Assembly (NCBI GenBank): GCA_963721685.1
Contig: CAVRJJ010000005.1
Location: 311,367-375,366 of the forward strand
DNA: 64,000 nucleotides
Direction of reading: 5' to 3'
From: an uncultured bacterium
GTDB taxonomy: Bacteria; Patescibacteriota; Saccharimonadia; UBA4664; SCTI01
Every line of letters starts with the position of its first letter. Positions within the stretch are counted from its first letter, which is position 1. Position numbers and translations under genes: made by a program. Of the stretch, positions 24,941-34,670 are shown in pieces. Below the pieces are notes generated by a model. It was not told the origin of the DNA. It did not search any database and saw only the letters and a list, made by a program, of their open reading frames with translations.

Positions 24941-26561
24941 GGCAACCTTTCCTTACTTAAAAGGGAAAGTGGTCTACCAGATTTATCCCCGCAGCTTTTA
25001 TGACGCTAATGGCGACGGCGTTGGTGATATCCCGGGTATTATTCAAAAGCTTGATTATTTGAATGATGGAACCCGCAATTCGCTTGGCATCAATATGATT
25101 TGGCTGTCTCCGTTTTACCCATCGCCCATGAATGACTTTGGCTATGACGTGGCAGATTATTGCGGGGTTGATCCATTGTTTGGCACATTGGACGATTTTC
25201 AGCAGCTTGTGGCTGAGGCGCATCGGCGTGATATTACGATTATGATCGACTTCGTGCCCAACCATACCTCCCATGAACATCCGTGGTTTCAAAACTCCCG
25301 CGCATCACGCGCCAGCGCTAAACGCGACTGGTATATTTGGCGCGATCCCAAGCCTGACGGTTCGCCGCCCAATAACTGGCTAAGTGTGTTTGGGGGATCG
25401 GCCTGGGAATATGATGCTGAAACAAAACAGTACTATATGCATAGCTTTTTGGCGCAGCAGCCGGATTTAAACTGGGAAAACCCGGACCTTCGCGCTGCTA
25501 TGATGCAGGCCATGCGGTTTTGGTTGGACTTAGGGGTTGATGGTATTCGGGTTGACGCGGTTGACTGGATGGCGAAAGACCAGCAGTTTCGCGACAATCC
25601 GCCGAACCTTCATTACTCGCCCGGGGTTGATGATCCCTACCACGCCTATGAGCGCAAATATAGTCAAAATGCCCCCCAACTCTATAGCTATTTGCGCGAA
25701 ATGGCAGAAGTTGTTAAAGACTATCCCAAAGGCTTTATGGTAACGGAGACCTACCCGGACCGCCGCAATATTGTTTCAGAATACTTAAAATTGTATGACC
25801 GCTATTTAGCGGAAGTGTCGGCTCCGTTTAACTTTGAAGGCATATTACTTCCCTGGACCGCGATATCGTTTAAGACGTTTATTGACCGCTTCCAAGCCGG
25901 ATTAAAGCCGAATCATATTCCCATATATGTGCTAGGCAACCATGATAACTCGCGGCTGGTAACGCGTATCGGCCAAGATGCTGCCCGCGCCGCCGCGCTC
26001 ATGCTTCTGACACTCCCGGGAATTGCATTTATTTATTACGGCGATGAATTGGGGATGACCGATGTGCACATTACTCCGGAAAAAGTTCGAGACCCCTTTG
26101 AAAAGCGGGTGCCCGGCATGGGTCTTGGGCGCGATCCTGAGCGTACGCCAATGCAATGGTCTGCTTTGCCTAACGCCGGTTTTTCCAAAGTTAAGCCTTG
26201 GCTTCCGGTGGGCTCCAACTTTAAAGAAGTTAACGCGGTGCAGGAGGGGAATGACCAACGTTCAATCTTATCGATGTACCGCAAGCTTATTCAGCTTCGG
26301 CGTCTTTCCCCCATTCTCCAGTACGGCAACTACGAATCGCTTGAAATTAATAACGCGTTCGTCTTTGGCTTTGCCCGTTCTTACAAGGGGCACGCATTGG
26401 CGGTTGTCCTTAACTTTTCTGACCAAGAAGTTGAATTTAATACCGCGCTTAAAGAAGGGGTTTTAATGTATACCACCCATGGCGATGCTGAAGCCCGTCC
26501 TATCCACCTTTCCAAACACGGGTTGCGTCCAAATGAAGGCCAAATTGTAACCTTGCTTTAA
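24930..26561 (+). CDS. GH13 alpha-glucosidase / oligo-1,6-glucosidase-like
   Basis: The start is reassigned to MADEATFPYLKGKVVYQIYPRSF.. in an ATGGCCGATGA overlap with the upstream stop. GH13 regions DFVPNHTS, GIRVDAV and YVLGNHD are present. Confidence 0.8.
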   Translation: MADEATFPYLKGKVVYQIYPRSFYDANGDGVGDIPGIIQKLDYLNDGTRNSLGINMIWLSPFYPSPMNDFGYDVADYCGVDPLFGTLDDFQQLVAEAHRRDITIMIDFVPNHTSHEHPWFQNSRASRASAKRDWYIWRDPKPDGSPPNNWLSVFGGSAWEYDAETKQYYMHSFLAQQPDLNWENPDLRAAMMQAMRFWLDLGVDGIRVDAVDWMAKDQQFRDNPPNLHYSPGVDDPYHAYERKYSQNAPQLYSYLREMAEVVKDYPKGFMVTETYPDRRNIVSEYLKLYDRYLAEVSAPFNFEGILLPWTAISFKTFIDRFQAGLKPNHIPIYVLGNHDNSRLVTRIGQDAARAAALMLLTLPGIAFIYYGDELGMTDVHITPEKVRDPFEKRVPGMGLGRDPERTPMQWSALPNAGFSKVKPWLPVGSNFKEVNAVQEGNDQRSILSMYRKLIQLRRLSPILQYGNYESLEINNAFVFGFARSYKGHALAVVLNFSDQEVEFNTALKEGVLMYTTHGDAEARPIHLSKHGLRPNEGQIVTLL

Positions 26562-26622
26562 TTAAAGCTGTCCAACCACTGAATAATATTGTAGCAATTT
26601 ATTCTCCTGCTATATTGAAAGT

Positions 26623-27105
26623 ATGAAAGCCAACGTGGTGCCAGATTTTAAAGAAATATTTGAAGGGTTGCCCGGCGCATATTTAATTTTATCGCCAGCT
26701 TTTATTATCCTGGCTGCCACAGACTCCTACCTGCGGGCCGCGCTAAGGGAACGAGAAACTATTGTAGGCAAATATCTGTTTGATGTATTCCCCGATAATC
26801 CCGAGGACCCTAAGGCCGATGGGGTTGCGAATTTAACCAAATCATTGCAGGCCGTGCTCGCGACCAAAAAGCCCCACGCCATGGATATTCAAAAGTACGA
26901 TATTCAATTGCCCGAAAAGCTTGGGGGAGGATGGGAGAAAAGGTATTGGCGGCCAAGCAACTCACCGATTCTCGATAATCGAGGAAACGTACGCTACATT
27001 GCACACTTGGTCGAGGATGTTACCCGTTTGGTTGACTCATTAGGAGCGGCGATGGATAAGCAAGAAACGATGCGTAAAGAGAAACCTAGGGAATCGCTAG
27101 GCTAG
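26623..27105 (+). CDS. hypothetical protein, possibly PAS-fold sensor domain
   Basis: A 160-aa soluble protein. The pattern ..ILAATDSYLRAALRERETIVGKYLFDVFP.. resembles a PAS core. The assignment is weak. Confidence 0.35.
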   Translation: MKANVVPDFKEIFEGLPGAYLILSPAFIILAATDSYLRAALRERETIVGKYLFDVFPDNPEDPKADGVANLTKSLQAVLATKKPHAMDIQKYDIQLPEKLGGGWEKRYWRPSNSPILDNRGNVRYIAHLVEDVTRLVDSLGAAMDKQETMRKEKPRESLG

Positions 27106-27125
27106 CCGGATGAAAAAAGGCGCCA

Positions 27126-27923
27126 ATGCGTACCTTAAAAACTAGCACCCATTATGTAAGTATTTGTCTGCTGCTGGTTGCGGCGGTGGCGCTGATTGGG
27201 TTGCAGGTAAAACCATGGGGATGGATACTTTTACTGCTATCGTCGATCAGCTTACTACTTACCAAAAAACAGTTTGCCAAAGACATCTTTCTGCTGAATA
27301 TAGCCATCGCGATCCTTGGGATTACACCGATTACTACCGATATTAGTTACTCCCATATGGCCATAATGGGAGTAACGTTAGCATTAGCACTGATCGTTCC
27401 TTATGTCGTATCACGCTTTGTCTATAAGGATTATCGGGTACGTTTTCCATTCCATCATGGCCGGAGCTGGTATAAAACCGAAATTGCCTATATTTTCATT
27501 ACAGCGCTTATCTCGTATTTCTTGCTGCCATTTTACTTAGTTAACACCGGTACTTACACCAACTGGCCGGCGGGAACGGACGCTTCAAGTCTTGTCCGGT
27601 TGTTTATTGGTACCAACGGCTTGGGCATTTGGGATGAACTGTTTTTCATTTGTACCGCTCTGGGCTTATTGCGCCACCATTTTAAATTTTACCTGGCCAA
27701 TATTTTTCAGGCGGTACTTTTTGCGGCCTTTCTTTACGAACTCGGTTTTAGGGGATGGGGACCCGTAATGATATTCATATTCGCTTTCGTACAAGGCTAC
27801 GTGTTTAAAAAAACCGAGTCACTCGTATATGTAATAACCATTCACTTAACGCTGGACTTGGTGCTGTTCTTGGCTCTTATTCACGCGCATCATCCGGAAT
27901 TAATAAAAATTTTCTTAATCTAG
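27126..27923 (+). CDS. polytopic membrane protein, possibly CPBP (CAAX protease/Abi) family
   Basis: It has seven to eight hydrophobic helices. WDELFF.., LLRHH and ITIHLTLD resemble CPBP motifs 1-3. This is tentative. Confidence 0.4.
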   Translation: MRTLKTSTHYVSICLLLVAAVALIGLQVKPWGWILLLLSSISLLLTKKQFAKDIFLLNIAIAILGITPITTDISYSHMAIMGVTLALALIVPYVVSRFVYKDYRVRFPFHHGRSWYKTEIAYIFITALISYFLLPFYLVNTGTYTNWPAGTDASSLVRLFIGTNGLGIWDELFFICTALGLLRHHFKFYLANIFQAVLFAAFLYELGFRGWGPVMIFIFAFVQGYVFKKTESLVYVITIHLTLDLVLFLALIHAHHPELIKIFLI

Positions 27924-27927
27924 CGTT

Positions 27928-28362
27928 CTACTCTTTGAGCCCCTTGGCCAGTTTAGCGAGCAAGTTGTAGTAGGTTAGCAGCTCGGCGGCGTTTAAATCG
28001 TTAAGATCTGCCCGCAGCGATTTTCGCACGTGTTTTTCTACCACCGGAATCAACTCCTCACCCTTTGGCGTAAGTGAGACGTGGGTGCTCCGCTTGTCTT
28101 CGCCGTCCGCGTTGCGCCGGACTAGGCCTTGCTTCTCTAATTTTGCGATGAGGGCAGAAGGGTGTGATACTTTGCTTTTCAAAGCTTTTGCCAGGTCGCT
28201 GGGAATCATTGAACCGGCATCATGGATGGTTCCTAACAGGGACCATTCCGGGATGCTTATGTTATAGGGCGCCAAGGCAGCATGGTAGTGGTGCTGAAGG
28301 CGCCGGTAGGCTTGAGCCTGGACCAGTCCGATTTGATATGTAGTTCCGGGATTGAATTTCAT
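27928..28362 (-). CDS. MarR family transcriptional regulator
   Basis: It has a winged HTH (..IPEWSLLGTIHDAGSMIPSDLAKAL..LIAKLEKQGLVRRNADGEDKRSTHVSLTPKGEE..). It is transcribed divergently from the cupredoxin cluster. Confidence 0.8.
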   Translation of the reverse strand: MKFNPGTTYQIGLVQAQAYRRLQHHYHAALAPYNISIPEWSLLGTIHDAGSMIPSDLAKALKSKVSHPSALIAKLEKQGLVRRNADGEDKRSTHVSLTPKGEELIPVVEKHVRKSLRADLNDLNAAELLTYYNLLAKLAKGLKE

Positions 28363-28430
28363 AATTGAATATTGAAGTTACCATTTTTAGAGGCCTTTTT
28401 CAAGCTTTACCACGCGCGGGGAAGTTCTCC

Positions 28431-28459
28431 TTGACTAGTTCATTTAAGCAGCATACAAT
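28431..28459 (+). promoter_or_regulatory. sigma70-type promoter of the membrane-protein/cupredoxin operon
   Basis: A TTGACT -35 box, a 17-nt spacer and a TACAAT -10 box, about 60 nt upstream of the 28520 start. Confidence 0.5.
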
Positions 28460-28496
28460 CATTACGTAAAGTATTTAAGCAACTTAACTAAATAAC

Positions 28497-28508
28497 ATAA
28501 CTAGTTAT
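28497..28508. promoter_or_regulatory. perfect 12-bp palindrome ATAACTAGTTAT, candidate MarR operator
   Basis: It lies between the promoter and the AAGGAGG RBS of the 28520 gene, in the marR-operon divergent intergenic region. Confidence 0.4.
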
Positions 28509-28519
28509 AAGGAGGCAGT

Positions 28520-29203
28520 ATGGAAGGCGGAGGAAATAAGACAGGAACAGTGGCGGTGGTGGCAATTATTACAGCAGTAATTGGTCTGGGGGCGGGGTAC
28601 GGGGCTGCCAAATCTATGGATGACAATACCGCTGAAACCACTGCAACGGCTAGCACCAAAGGCACAGCCACCAAAGCGGCCGACCTACGGGTTGTGCTGA
28701 ACGCGCTTGAGCGTGAACACGTAAACTTAGCAGCCCAGGCTACCCGCAACGGCTTTGACGGCAGCGCTGACTTTAAGGCCTCCGGTGAAGCTCTTGATGC
28801 TAACTCGGTTGCTATTTCTAAGGCGGTCGGTAGCGTTTACGGCGCGGAAGCTGAAGCCAAGTTCTTAGAAATATGGCGCAGTCACATAACTTTCTTTGTT
28901 AACTATACTGTGGCAGCTAAGGCGGGCGATATGGCTGGGATGGACAAGGCTGTAACTGATTTAGGCGGATACGTTGACGCGATCTCAGATTTTTTCAGCG
29001 GCGCTAACCCTAACCTGCCGCGCGAAGCGGTTCATCAATTGGTGAGCGATCACGTTGGTTTGCTTAAGGGCGCGGTTGATGCCCACGGGGCTAAAGACTA
29101 CGCCGCTTCATATGCCAAAGAGCGTGAAGCAAATGAGCAAATCGGTAAAATTGCTGACGCTATCTCAGGCGCAATTGTTAAGCAGTATCCAGAAAAGTTC
29201 TAA
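28520..29203 (+). CDS. membrane-anchored hypothetical protein (first gene of cupredoxin operon)
   Basis: An N-terminal TM helix (VAVVAIITAVIGLGAGYGAA), then an Ala/Lys-rich helical region. The protein is 227 aa. Confidence 0.5.
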   Translation: MEGGGNKTGTVAVVAIITAVIGLGAGYGAAKSMDDNTAETTATASTKGTATKAADLRVVLNALEREHVNLAAQATRNGFDGSADFKASGEALDANSVAISKAVGSVYGAEAEAKFLEIWRSHITFFVNYTVAAKAGDMAGMDKAVTDLGGYVDAISDFFSGANPNLPREAVHQLVSDHVGLLKGAVDAHGAKDYAASYAKEREANEQIGKIADAISGAIVKQYPEKF

Positions 29204-29221
29204 GTAACAAGCAGGCTTAAG

Positions 29222-29243
29222 AAGAGGCCCACAAGGGCCTCTT
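29222..29243 (+). terminator. intra-operon hairpin (possible attenuator/terminator)
   Basis: AAGAGGCCC-ACAA-GGGCCTCTT is a 9-bp perfect stem with no T-tract, between the 28520 gene and the first cupredoxin gene. Confidence 0.3.
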
Positions 29244-29265
29244 CCCATATAAGAGGAAACCTACA

Positions 29266-29661
29266 ATGAGTAAAAACTATACTGTTTTGTCTGGCATTAT
29301 TCTCCTGATTTTAGGAGGGGTAGCCGTGGCGGCCGCGACATCAGGAAACACCGTATCGCACACCCCGAAATCCGCCGTACAGACGGAGGTGCCCAAGCAA
29401 GCCAACGCGGTAAACATCCAGAACTACAAGTTCGCTCCCAGCCCCTTGAAAGTTAAAAAGGGGACAACGGTGACATGGACGAATAAAGATATAGCAAAAC
29501 ATAATGTTGAAGTGGATAACGGCCAGCCAGCCGGAGGACCAAATGGCCCATTAATTGGAAAAGGACAGTCCTATAGCTTTACCTTTAATGCTGTGGGTAC
29601 CTACAGCTACCACTGCAGCCCTCATCCCTACATGAAGGGTGTGGTTGAGGTGACCGAATAG
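29266..29661 (+). CDS. cupredoxin (plastocyanin/amicyanin-like blue copper protein)
   Basis: A signal/TM segment, then ..GTYSYHCSPHPYM.. with the His..Cys..His..Met type-1 copper ligand set. Confidence 0.75.
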   Translation: MSKNYTVLSGIILLILGGVAVAAATSGNTVSHTPKSAVQTEVPKQANAVNIQNYKFAPSPLKVKKGTTVTWTNKDIAKHNVEVDNGQPAGGPNGPLIGKGQSYSFTFNAVGTYSYHCSPHPYMKGVVEVTE

Positions 29662-30083
29662 TGGGGTGGCGTACGGGCATCCTGTTAATAGGCATTTTCC
29701 TCTTAACGGTTGGGGCGGGGTTCGGCGCGACGACTCTGCGGCGGGACAAGGCAACTCCAATCACCGATAAAAATCATGTGGTGGAGTTAAAGTCTGACCG
29801 CGCAGAGCCGTCGGCTATCGCGGTGACGAAAGGCGCTTACGTACAATTTAACTCCAAAGATGGCAAATCCCACAATATCGGAGAAGGGAGCGGTGATGAC
29901 GGTATTCACCAGGCCGAGCACCAACCGGAGCACGCGCATGACTATCAGGCTAAGGTTTCAGGAGCGTTTGGGCCGGACGAGGGTTACCGGGTTCTTTTTA
30001 ATAAAACCGGTACCTATGAGTTCCACGATCATCTTAACCCAAAAATTTCAGTAACCGTAGTTGTCTACGAAGCTAAAAAATAG
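29661..30083 (+). CDS. cupredoxin-like / His-rich copper-binding protein
   Basis: It has an N-terminal TM helix and a His-rich segment HQAEHQPEHAHD. ..GTYEFHDHLNP.. resembles a cupredoxin C-terminal copper site. Confidence 0.5.
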   Translation: MGWRTGILLIGIFLLTVGAGFGATTLRRDKATPITDKNHVVELKSDRAEPSAIAVTKGAYVQFNSKDGKSHNIGEGSGDDGIHQAEHQPEHAHDYQAKVSGAFGPDEGYRVLFNKTGTYEFHDHLNPKISVTVVVYEAKK

Positions 30084-30084
30084 C

Positions 30085-30753
30085 CTAGTTTTTAATCTCG
30101 ACTCCGCCAAACAGGCAGGTTCCCCGTACATGCAGGACAGGCGCATTTTTAGCGGTTGGTTTAGTTGTCTTATCTTCCCAGCCACCGAACAGGGGCATTC
30201 CGCTGGTTTTAACTATCCAGGTGTCGGGGACTTTTAGTTCTAGTCCTCCAAATCCCGTAAAGCTATTGATATAAGCTTCCTTTTTAACTTTGGCGTGTCG
30301 CAAATCAAGTGTCATGCCGCCAAAAAGGACGGTAGCTTTTCCGCCGGTAAAATTGGATGATTTATTACTAATGTCCAGCCCCGAAAAGGCCACAAACAGA
30401 TCAATGCCGTCATCCCCTGATTGCTTTGGCTTGGGGCTGAGGCGGTCGGTTATGAAGCTAAAACCAACCACAATCAGAAGGATGGGCCATATTAAACTCC
30501 ACACGTTAAAGGAAACGGCATCCAGCTGCCTAAGCAGTAGCAGCATTCCCGCGCCAATCATGACAAAGGGCCACAGAATTTCTTTAGGGTTGGAAAGCAG
30601 GGTAAGAAGGCCCATCGCTACGATCAGTAATGGCCACCAATCGGCTAATATTACCGAGAAGTTCCAGAGATTAAGCGCGTCAAGCAGGAAACCAACACCG
30701 AGCGCAATTATGAGGAGACCGACTAAGGATTGTCCTGAGAGTGGTTGTTTCAT
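30085..30753 (-). CDS. LiaF-like / DUF2154 membrane protein
   Basis: Four N-terminal TM helices, then a C-terminal beta-rich domain with repeated ..FGG.. segments (VLFGGMTLDL, FTGFGGLELKV, CLFGGVEIKN), as in the LiaF C-terminal domain. Confidence 0.5.
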   Translation of the reverse strand: MKQPLSGQSLVGLLIIALGVGFLLDALNLWNFSVILADWWPLLIVAMGLLTLLSNPKEILWPFVMIGAGMLLLLRQLDAVSFNVWSLIWPILLIVVGFSFITDRLSPKPKQSGDDGIDLFVAFSGLDISNKSSNFTGGKATVLFGGMTLDLRHAKVKKEAYINSFTGFGGLELKVPDTWIVKTSGMPLFGGWEDKTTKPTAKNAPVLHVRGTCLFGGVEIKN

Positions 30754-30777
30754 ATTCTTGTTATACGCTTTTTTTGG

Positions 30778-31890
30778 CTATTCCACCACAATATAATCAT
30801 ATGCGTAGGGGGTACCCGCCAAAGGGGGTAGATTGCAGGAGATAGTAAAGTTCTGCGGTGTTCGAATGGCTGAAATTTCAATTTTGGCACTGTTGAAGCC
30901 AACCGGCGACAGGATAACCTTTGGAACGCTGCTAAAAGCCCGGCTAAAGGTGATAGTTGCCCATTGTCCATTTCCAGAGGGCCCGCAATTGGGTCCGCTG
31001 CCGGTAATAATTGAAATGGTTCCGGCAGTATCGTTGCCGCTGACAGTAGCGTTTCCGCCGCTTCCAATCCGGGTTGTAGCCGAAATGGAGGGGGCTGACC
31101 CGCCGCTGACAATATGACCGTTTATCGTTAACGATTGGCTTACCGTTATGGTTTGCACCGATATGGTGCCGACGGCGAAAGTGCCGCTTACGGATAAGCT
31201 TCCCCCAATCGTCGCGCTTCCCCTGACATTAATGTTCCCGGCGAAACTGCCGCTGCCGGTAACGTTTAACGGCCCGCCCACGTTGAGTTGGTTTCTGACA
31301 TCAACGGTACCCTGCAGGCTGGTGGTACCGTTAACGCTCAGGTTGGATCCGATGTTAAGGCTGTCGGCGGAAGCAGCACCGGTAATCCTGATTCCGGACG
31401 CGGCACTAATAAGTCCGTTGGCGGTTAAGCCATTTTCAAAAACCACCGGGTTTTTAAATACCGTGTCAGCTGAAATAGTTAGTGTTTGCTTGGGCTGCCC
31501 TAATCCAATTGCTGAAGCAAGGCTATTTATGGTTTCGTTGCTAAGGTTTTGAAAACTTATGCCAGCTTTTTCCAAAGCTTTTCCGGTTGGATCTTTCGGC
31601 TTTAAGAATAAATACACGATACCAGCGATTAACAAAATAAGAATGATGCTTCCGGGTATTAGGACCTTTGGACTGATCAGCCGCTTAGTCTTAATATGCT
31701 TGGGGGCTTCGTTTTCAACGGTATGGGGTTGATAGAGGTAAGCCTCCTTGTCATCTTGCAGTACCTTACCCTCAGACCCGGTTGGTTGCTGCGCTTTATC
31801 AGATTCACCGGCAGGCTTAGGAGCAGGGGTCGCCGGGCCCGGCTTCTTGCTGGTAGGGTCGTCTTTTTTGTCTGGGGCAGGAGTATCCAT
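30778..31890 (-). CDS. membrane-anchored beta-helix-repeat surface protein
   Basis: A Pro/Lys-rich N-terminus and one TM helix, then degenerate ~18-aa repeats (NLSVNGTTSLQGTVDVRN, QLNVGGPLNVTGSGSFAGNINVRGSATIGGSLSVSGT..). Confidence 0.45.
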   Translation of the reverse strand: MDTPAPDKKDDPTSKKPGPATPAPKPAGESDKAQQPTGSEGKVLQDDKEAYLYQPHTVENEAPKHIKTKRLISPKVLIPGSIILILLIAGIVYLFLKPKDPTGKALEKAGISFQNLSNETINSLASAIGLGQPKQTLTISADTVFKNPVVFENGLTANGLISAASGIRITGAASADSLNIGSNLSVNGTTSLQGTVDVRNQLNVGGPLNVTGSGSFAGNINVRGSATIGGSLSVSGTFAVGTISVQTITVSQSLTINGHIVSGGSAPSISATTRIGSGGNATVSGNDTAGTISIITGSGPNCGPSGNGQWATITFSRAFSSVPKVILSPVGFNSAKIEISAIRTPQNFTISCNLPPLAGTPYAYDYIVVE

Positions 31891-31933
31891 AATATACCTA
31901 TAATAATAACGCTTATGCTTTAGGGCTACAAGG

Positions 31934-32956
31934 TTGGCAGCACAAAAGCGTAAGAGGTATAATGAAAAGGTGAGTATGAAGTCATCACAACATTTTGTCC
32001 CGCACCACCATAGCGGGCGATTAATTCATCATCGCCACACCTCCTATGCCGGGTTGGTATTCGTAATTATGCTAAGCAGTATCATATTGATGGCTATTTC
32101 CTTTAATGCCCAAGCTTTTGAGCCCTCGGAGCTGCCTCCTCCGGTTGAAGAGGACCTTGATGTGCACGCGACGGTGCCCGGACCTGCTCCTAAAACCGCG
32201 CCAACTATCCAGACTCCGGCGAACGGCCAGGCTTTTACAAGCGTGCCCGTGTCGGTCCTTGGCAGTTGCCAAAAAGAAACGCTGGTTAAGATTTTTAAGA
32301 ATGACATTTTCGCCGGAGCGGCTTTCTGTGAAGGCAACGGGTCGTATAAAATGTCGATTGATTTGCTTGTTGGCTCCAACGCTTTGACCGCCCAAGCCTT
32401 TAACGCTCTCGATAAAGGAGGTCCGAGTTCTAATCCGGTTACGGTTAACTATAATTTGCCGGGACTGACGGCCGCCCAAGCCCCCGGCGCGTTTGAACCA
32501 GTAAAAACACCGGCTAACCAGCTACTTATTAATACGGTAAATTACCATAAGGGTTTGCGGGTAGGGGATGTGCTGGGGTGGCCGATTGAGCTGGTTGGGG
32601 GTAAGCCACCTTACGCCGTTAGTATTGGCTGGGGCGATGGCAAAACCGACCTTATTAGCCGGGGTCTGCCCGGCCGGTTCGATATAAAACATGTTTACGA
32701 CAAGGCGGGCCCAGGTTACCAAGGCAGCCAAACTATTGTTGTCAAAGCAACTGACTCTGAGGGCAGCACAGCCTATATTCAGCTTGTTACTATAGTGAAT
32801 AACGGCAATAAACAGGTTGCGGCTGCCAGCAGCCTGTTTTCGGGAAAGCTAGGCTTAGCGTGGCCGTTGGTATTGCTTGCCGTGTTGGTAGTGGTAAGTT
32901 TTTTCCTAGGGGAACGCCGTGAAAAACACATACTCCAGCAAAAGGGGCTCATATGA
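31934..32956 (+). CDS. membrane-anchored secreted protein with PKD-like domain
   Basis: An N-terminal TM/signal, ..SIGWGDGKTD.. (a WxDG PKD-like motif) and a C-terminal TM helix. The start could be the internal MKSSQHF. Confidence 0.45.
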   Translation: MAAQKRKRYNEKVSMKSSQHFVPHHHSGRLIHHRHTSYAGLVFVIMLSSIILMAISFNAQAFEPSELPPPVEEDLDVHATVPGPAPKTAPTIQTPANGQAFTSVPVSVLGSCQKETLVKIFKNDIFAGAAFCEGNGSYKMSIDLLVGSNALTAQAFNALDKGGPSSNPVTVNYNLPGLTAAQAPGAFEPVKTPANQLLINTVNYHKGLRVGDVLGWPIELVGGKPPYAVSIGWGDGKTDLISRGLPGRFDIKHVYDKAGPGYQGSQTIVVKATDSEGSTAYIQLVTIVNNGNKQVAAASSLFSGKLGLAWPLVLLAVLVVVSFFLGERREKHILQQKGLI

Positions 32957-33609
32957 CAACTATTTATAGCCCCTCCGTTGGCTCTTCTTTTGACGCTCCG
33001 CCAGCTGCGCGGGAACCTAAAAAGGGTAAAACCATTGCAAAGCGTGTAGTTTTCGGAGTAGCCGCGTTTGTCGCGGTACTCGGTGTGTTGGTTATGGCGT
33101 ACTTCATATTTTTGGGAAGCTCCAGCGTGCAGGGAAAAGTTAAGCCGGTTGAAGTTAGGGAGAACACTGCTATAAAAAGCCAACCAAAAAACCTCGCCTT
33201 ACGCGGACAGCACTTTAGTATGAGCTACGCCTCTACCTACGCCTCCCAAGATACCTCCGTTCGCACCACAAGCGCCCTAGAATCATATAGCTATGTTGCC
33301 TCAACGGTCTACGACAAGCGGATGGCAGTTGCTATTCAAAAGCTGCCTTCCGGAGGACTTTTGGAAGAGTCGTCTTATAAGATGCGGACCATTTACCCCG
33401 ATAAGTACGCCGAGCGTAAAATTAAAATCGGTGATGGTTCTGAGGCAAAAGTAATGACAAAAAAAACTGACGGCAGCAATTTTGAGGCGGTAATATTTGT
33501 AGAAAATAAAAATTTGCTTGCCACAATTGCTTTGGTTGTAACGGGTGGTAACGACGATCTCAATAAAGAAATAGACGCTATCGCTAAAAGCTTTAAGTGG
33601 GCGCCATAG
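32953..33609 (+). CDS. membrane-anchored hypothetical protein
   Basis: A 218-aa protein with an N-terminal TM helix, overlapping the upstream gene by 4 nt. Confidence 0.4.
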   Translation: MTTIYSPSVGSSFDAPPAAREPKKGKTIAKRVVFGVAAFVAVLGVLVMAYFIFLGSSSVQGKVKPVEVRENTAIKSQPKNLALRGQHFSMSYASTYASQDTSVRTTSALESYSYVASTVYDKRMAVAIQKLPSGGLLEESSYKMRTIYPDKYAERKIKIGDGSEAKVMTKKTDGSNFEAVIFVENKNLLATIALVVTGGNDDLNKEIDAIAKSFKWAP

Positions 33610-34670
33610 TGGGAGATATTGCCCAGCATTTTGTTCTTGGCGCGTGGATGATAATGGCGGCTCTACCTTCAAGCAGCAGCTATAAGCTCAACAATTATGG
33701 TTTTGGTTCCGGCGGCAGCGCCAACTCTTCTTCGGCCAGCTACCGGTTGAACGGCATCAGCGGAGAAGTAGGTGGGCCCCAAACGAGCAGCACGAGCTTT
33801 CAGCTTAATTCTGGAAATAACCAGACCCAGCAGGCACATGTACCGCTGGCTCCCGCCTTTGATAATCCCGCTAACTATTACAGTAAGTTGCATTTCACTA
33901 TTAACCCTTCAAGCAATCCGGCAGATACGAAGTTCGCGCTGGCCATTAGCTCGGATAACTTTGCCACCACCCAATACATCCAAAACGATGGCACAGTAGG
34001 GTTAAGCCTAGGTCTTGAGGATTACCAGACTTACGCCGATTGGGGAGGGCTCAGCGGTTCATTAGTTATAGGTCTAGCATCAAGCACTACTTACTATATA
34101 AAAGCCAAAGCCATTAGCGGAAGCTTTACGGAAACCGCCTTTGGGCCTGTCGCCAGTGCTACCACCTCGCCTCCCAACTTATTTTTCGACATTGATGTTG
34201 ACGCGACCGACACGGAAACCGCCTCACCTTATATTATGAACTTCGGCAATTTGCTCTCCGGTACTGTGATTGATGGGCCGCAAAAAGCTTGGTTTGATCT
34301 TGATACCAATGCTGATTATGGCGCGCGCATTTATATTTCGGCAAACACCGCGGGACTAACCAGCCAATCCGCTGGTAACACCATTTTATCCGCGACCGCT
34401 GATTTGAGCGCTACCAATGAAGGTTTTGGCGCCCAGAGCTCATCTGCCGGGCAAATTTCCGGAGGTCCCCTTACCGCCAATAGCCCTTATGATGGAACGG
34501 CAGAAAGCGTAGGAATAATTAACACGACGCTGCGCCAACTGTACGCTTCCCCCGGGCCTATTTCTTCAGGACGTTCGTCTGTGTTGTTCAAAGCAAAAGC
34601 TGGTGTTCAAACTCCCGCCGCCGACGATTATCAAAGTATTATTACCGCGATAGCAGCTGCCAGCTTTTAA
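33597..34670 (+). CDS. secreted Ser/Gly/Asn-rich hypothetical protein
   Basis: A 357-aa protein with a hydrophobic N-terminus and short SxSYxLN-type repeats. Confidence 0.4.
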   Translation: MGAIVGDIAQHFVLGAWMIMAALPSSSSYKLNNYGFGSGGSANSSSASYRLNGISGEVGGPQTSSTSFQLNSGNNQTQQAHVPLAPAFDNPANYYSKLHFTINPSSNPADTKFALAISSDNFATTQYIQNDGTVGLSLGLEDYQTYADWGGLSGSLVIGLASSTTYYIKAKAISGSFTETAFGPVASATTSPPNLFFDIDVDATDTETASPYIMNFGNLLSGTVIDGPQKAWFDLDTNADYGARIYISANTAGLTSQSAGNTILSATADLSATNEGFGAQSSSAGQISGGPLTANSPYDGTAESVGIINTTLRQLYASPGPISSGRSSVLFKAKAGVQTPAADDYQSIITAIAAASF

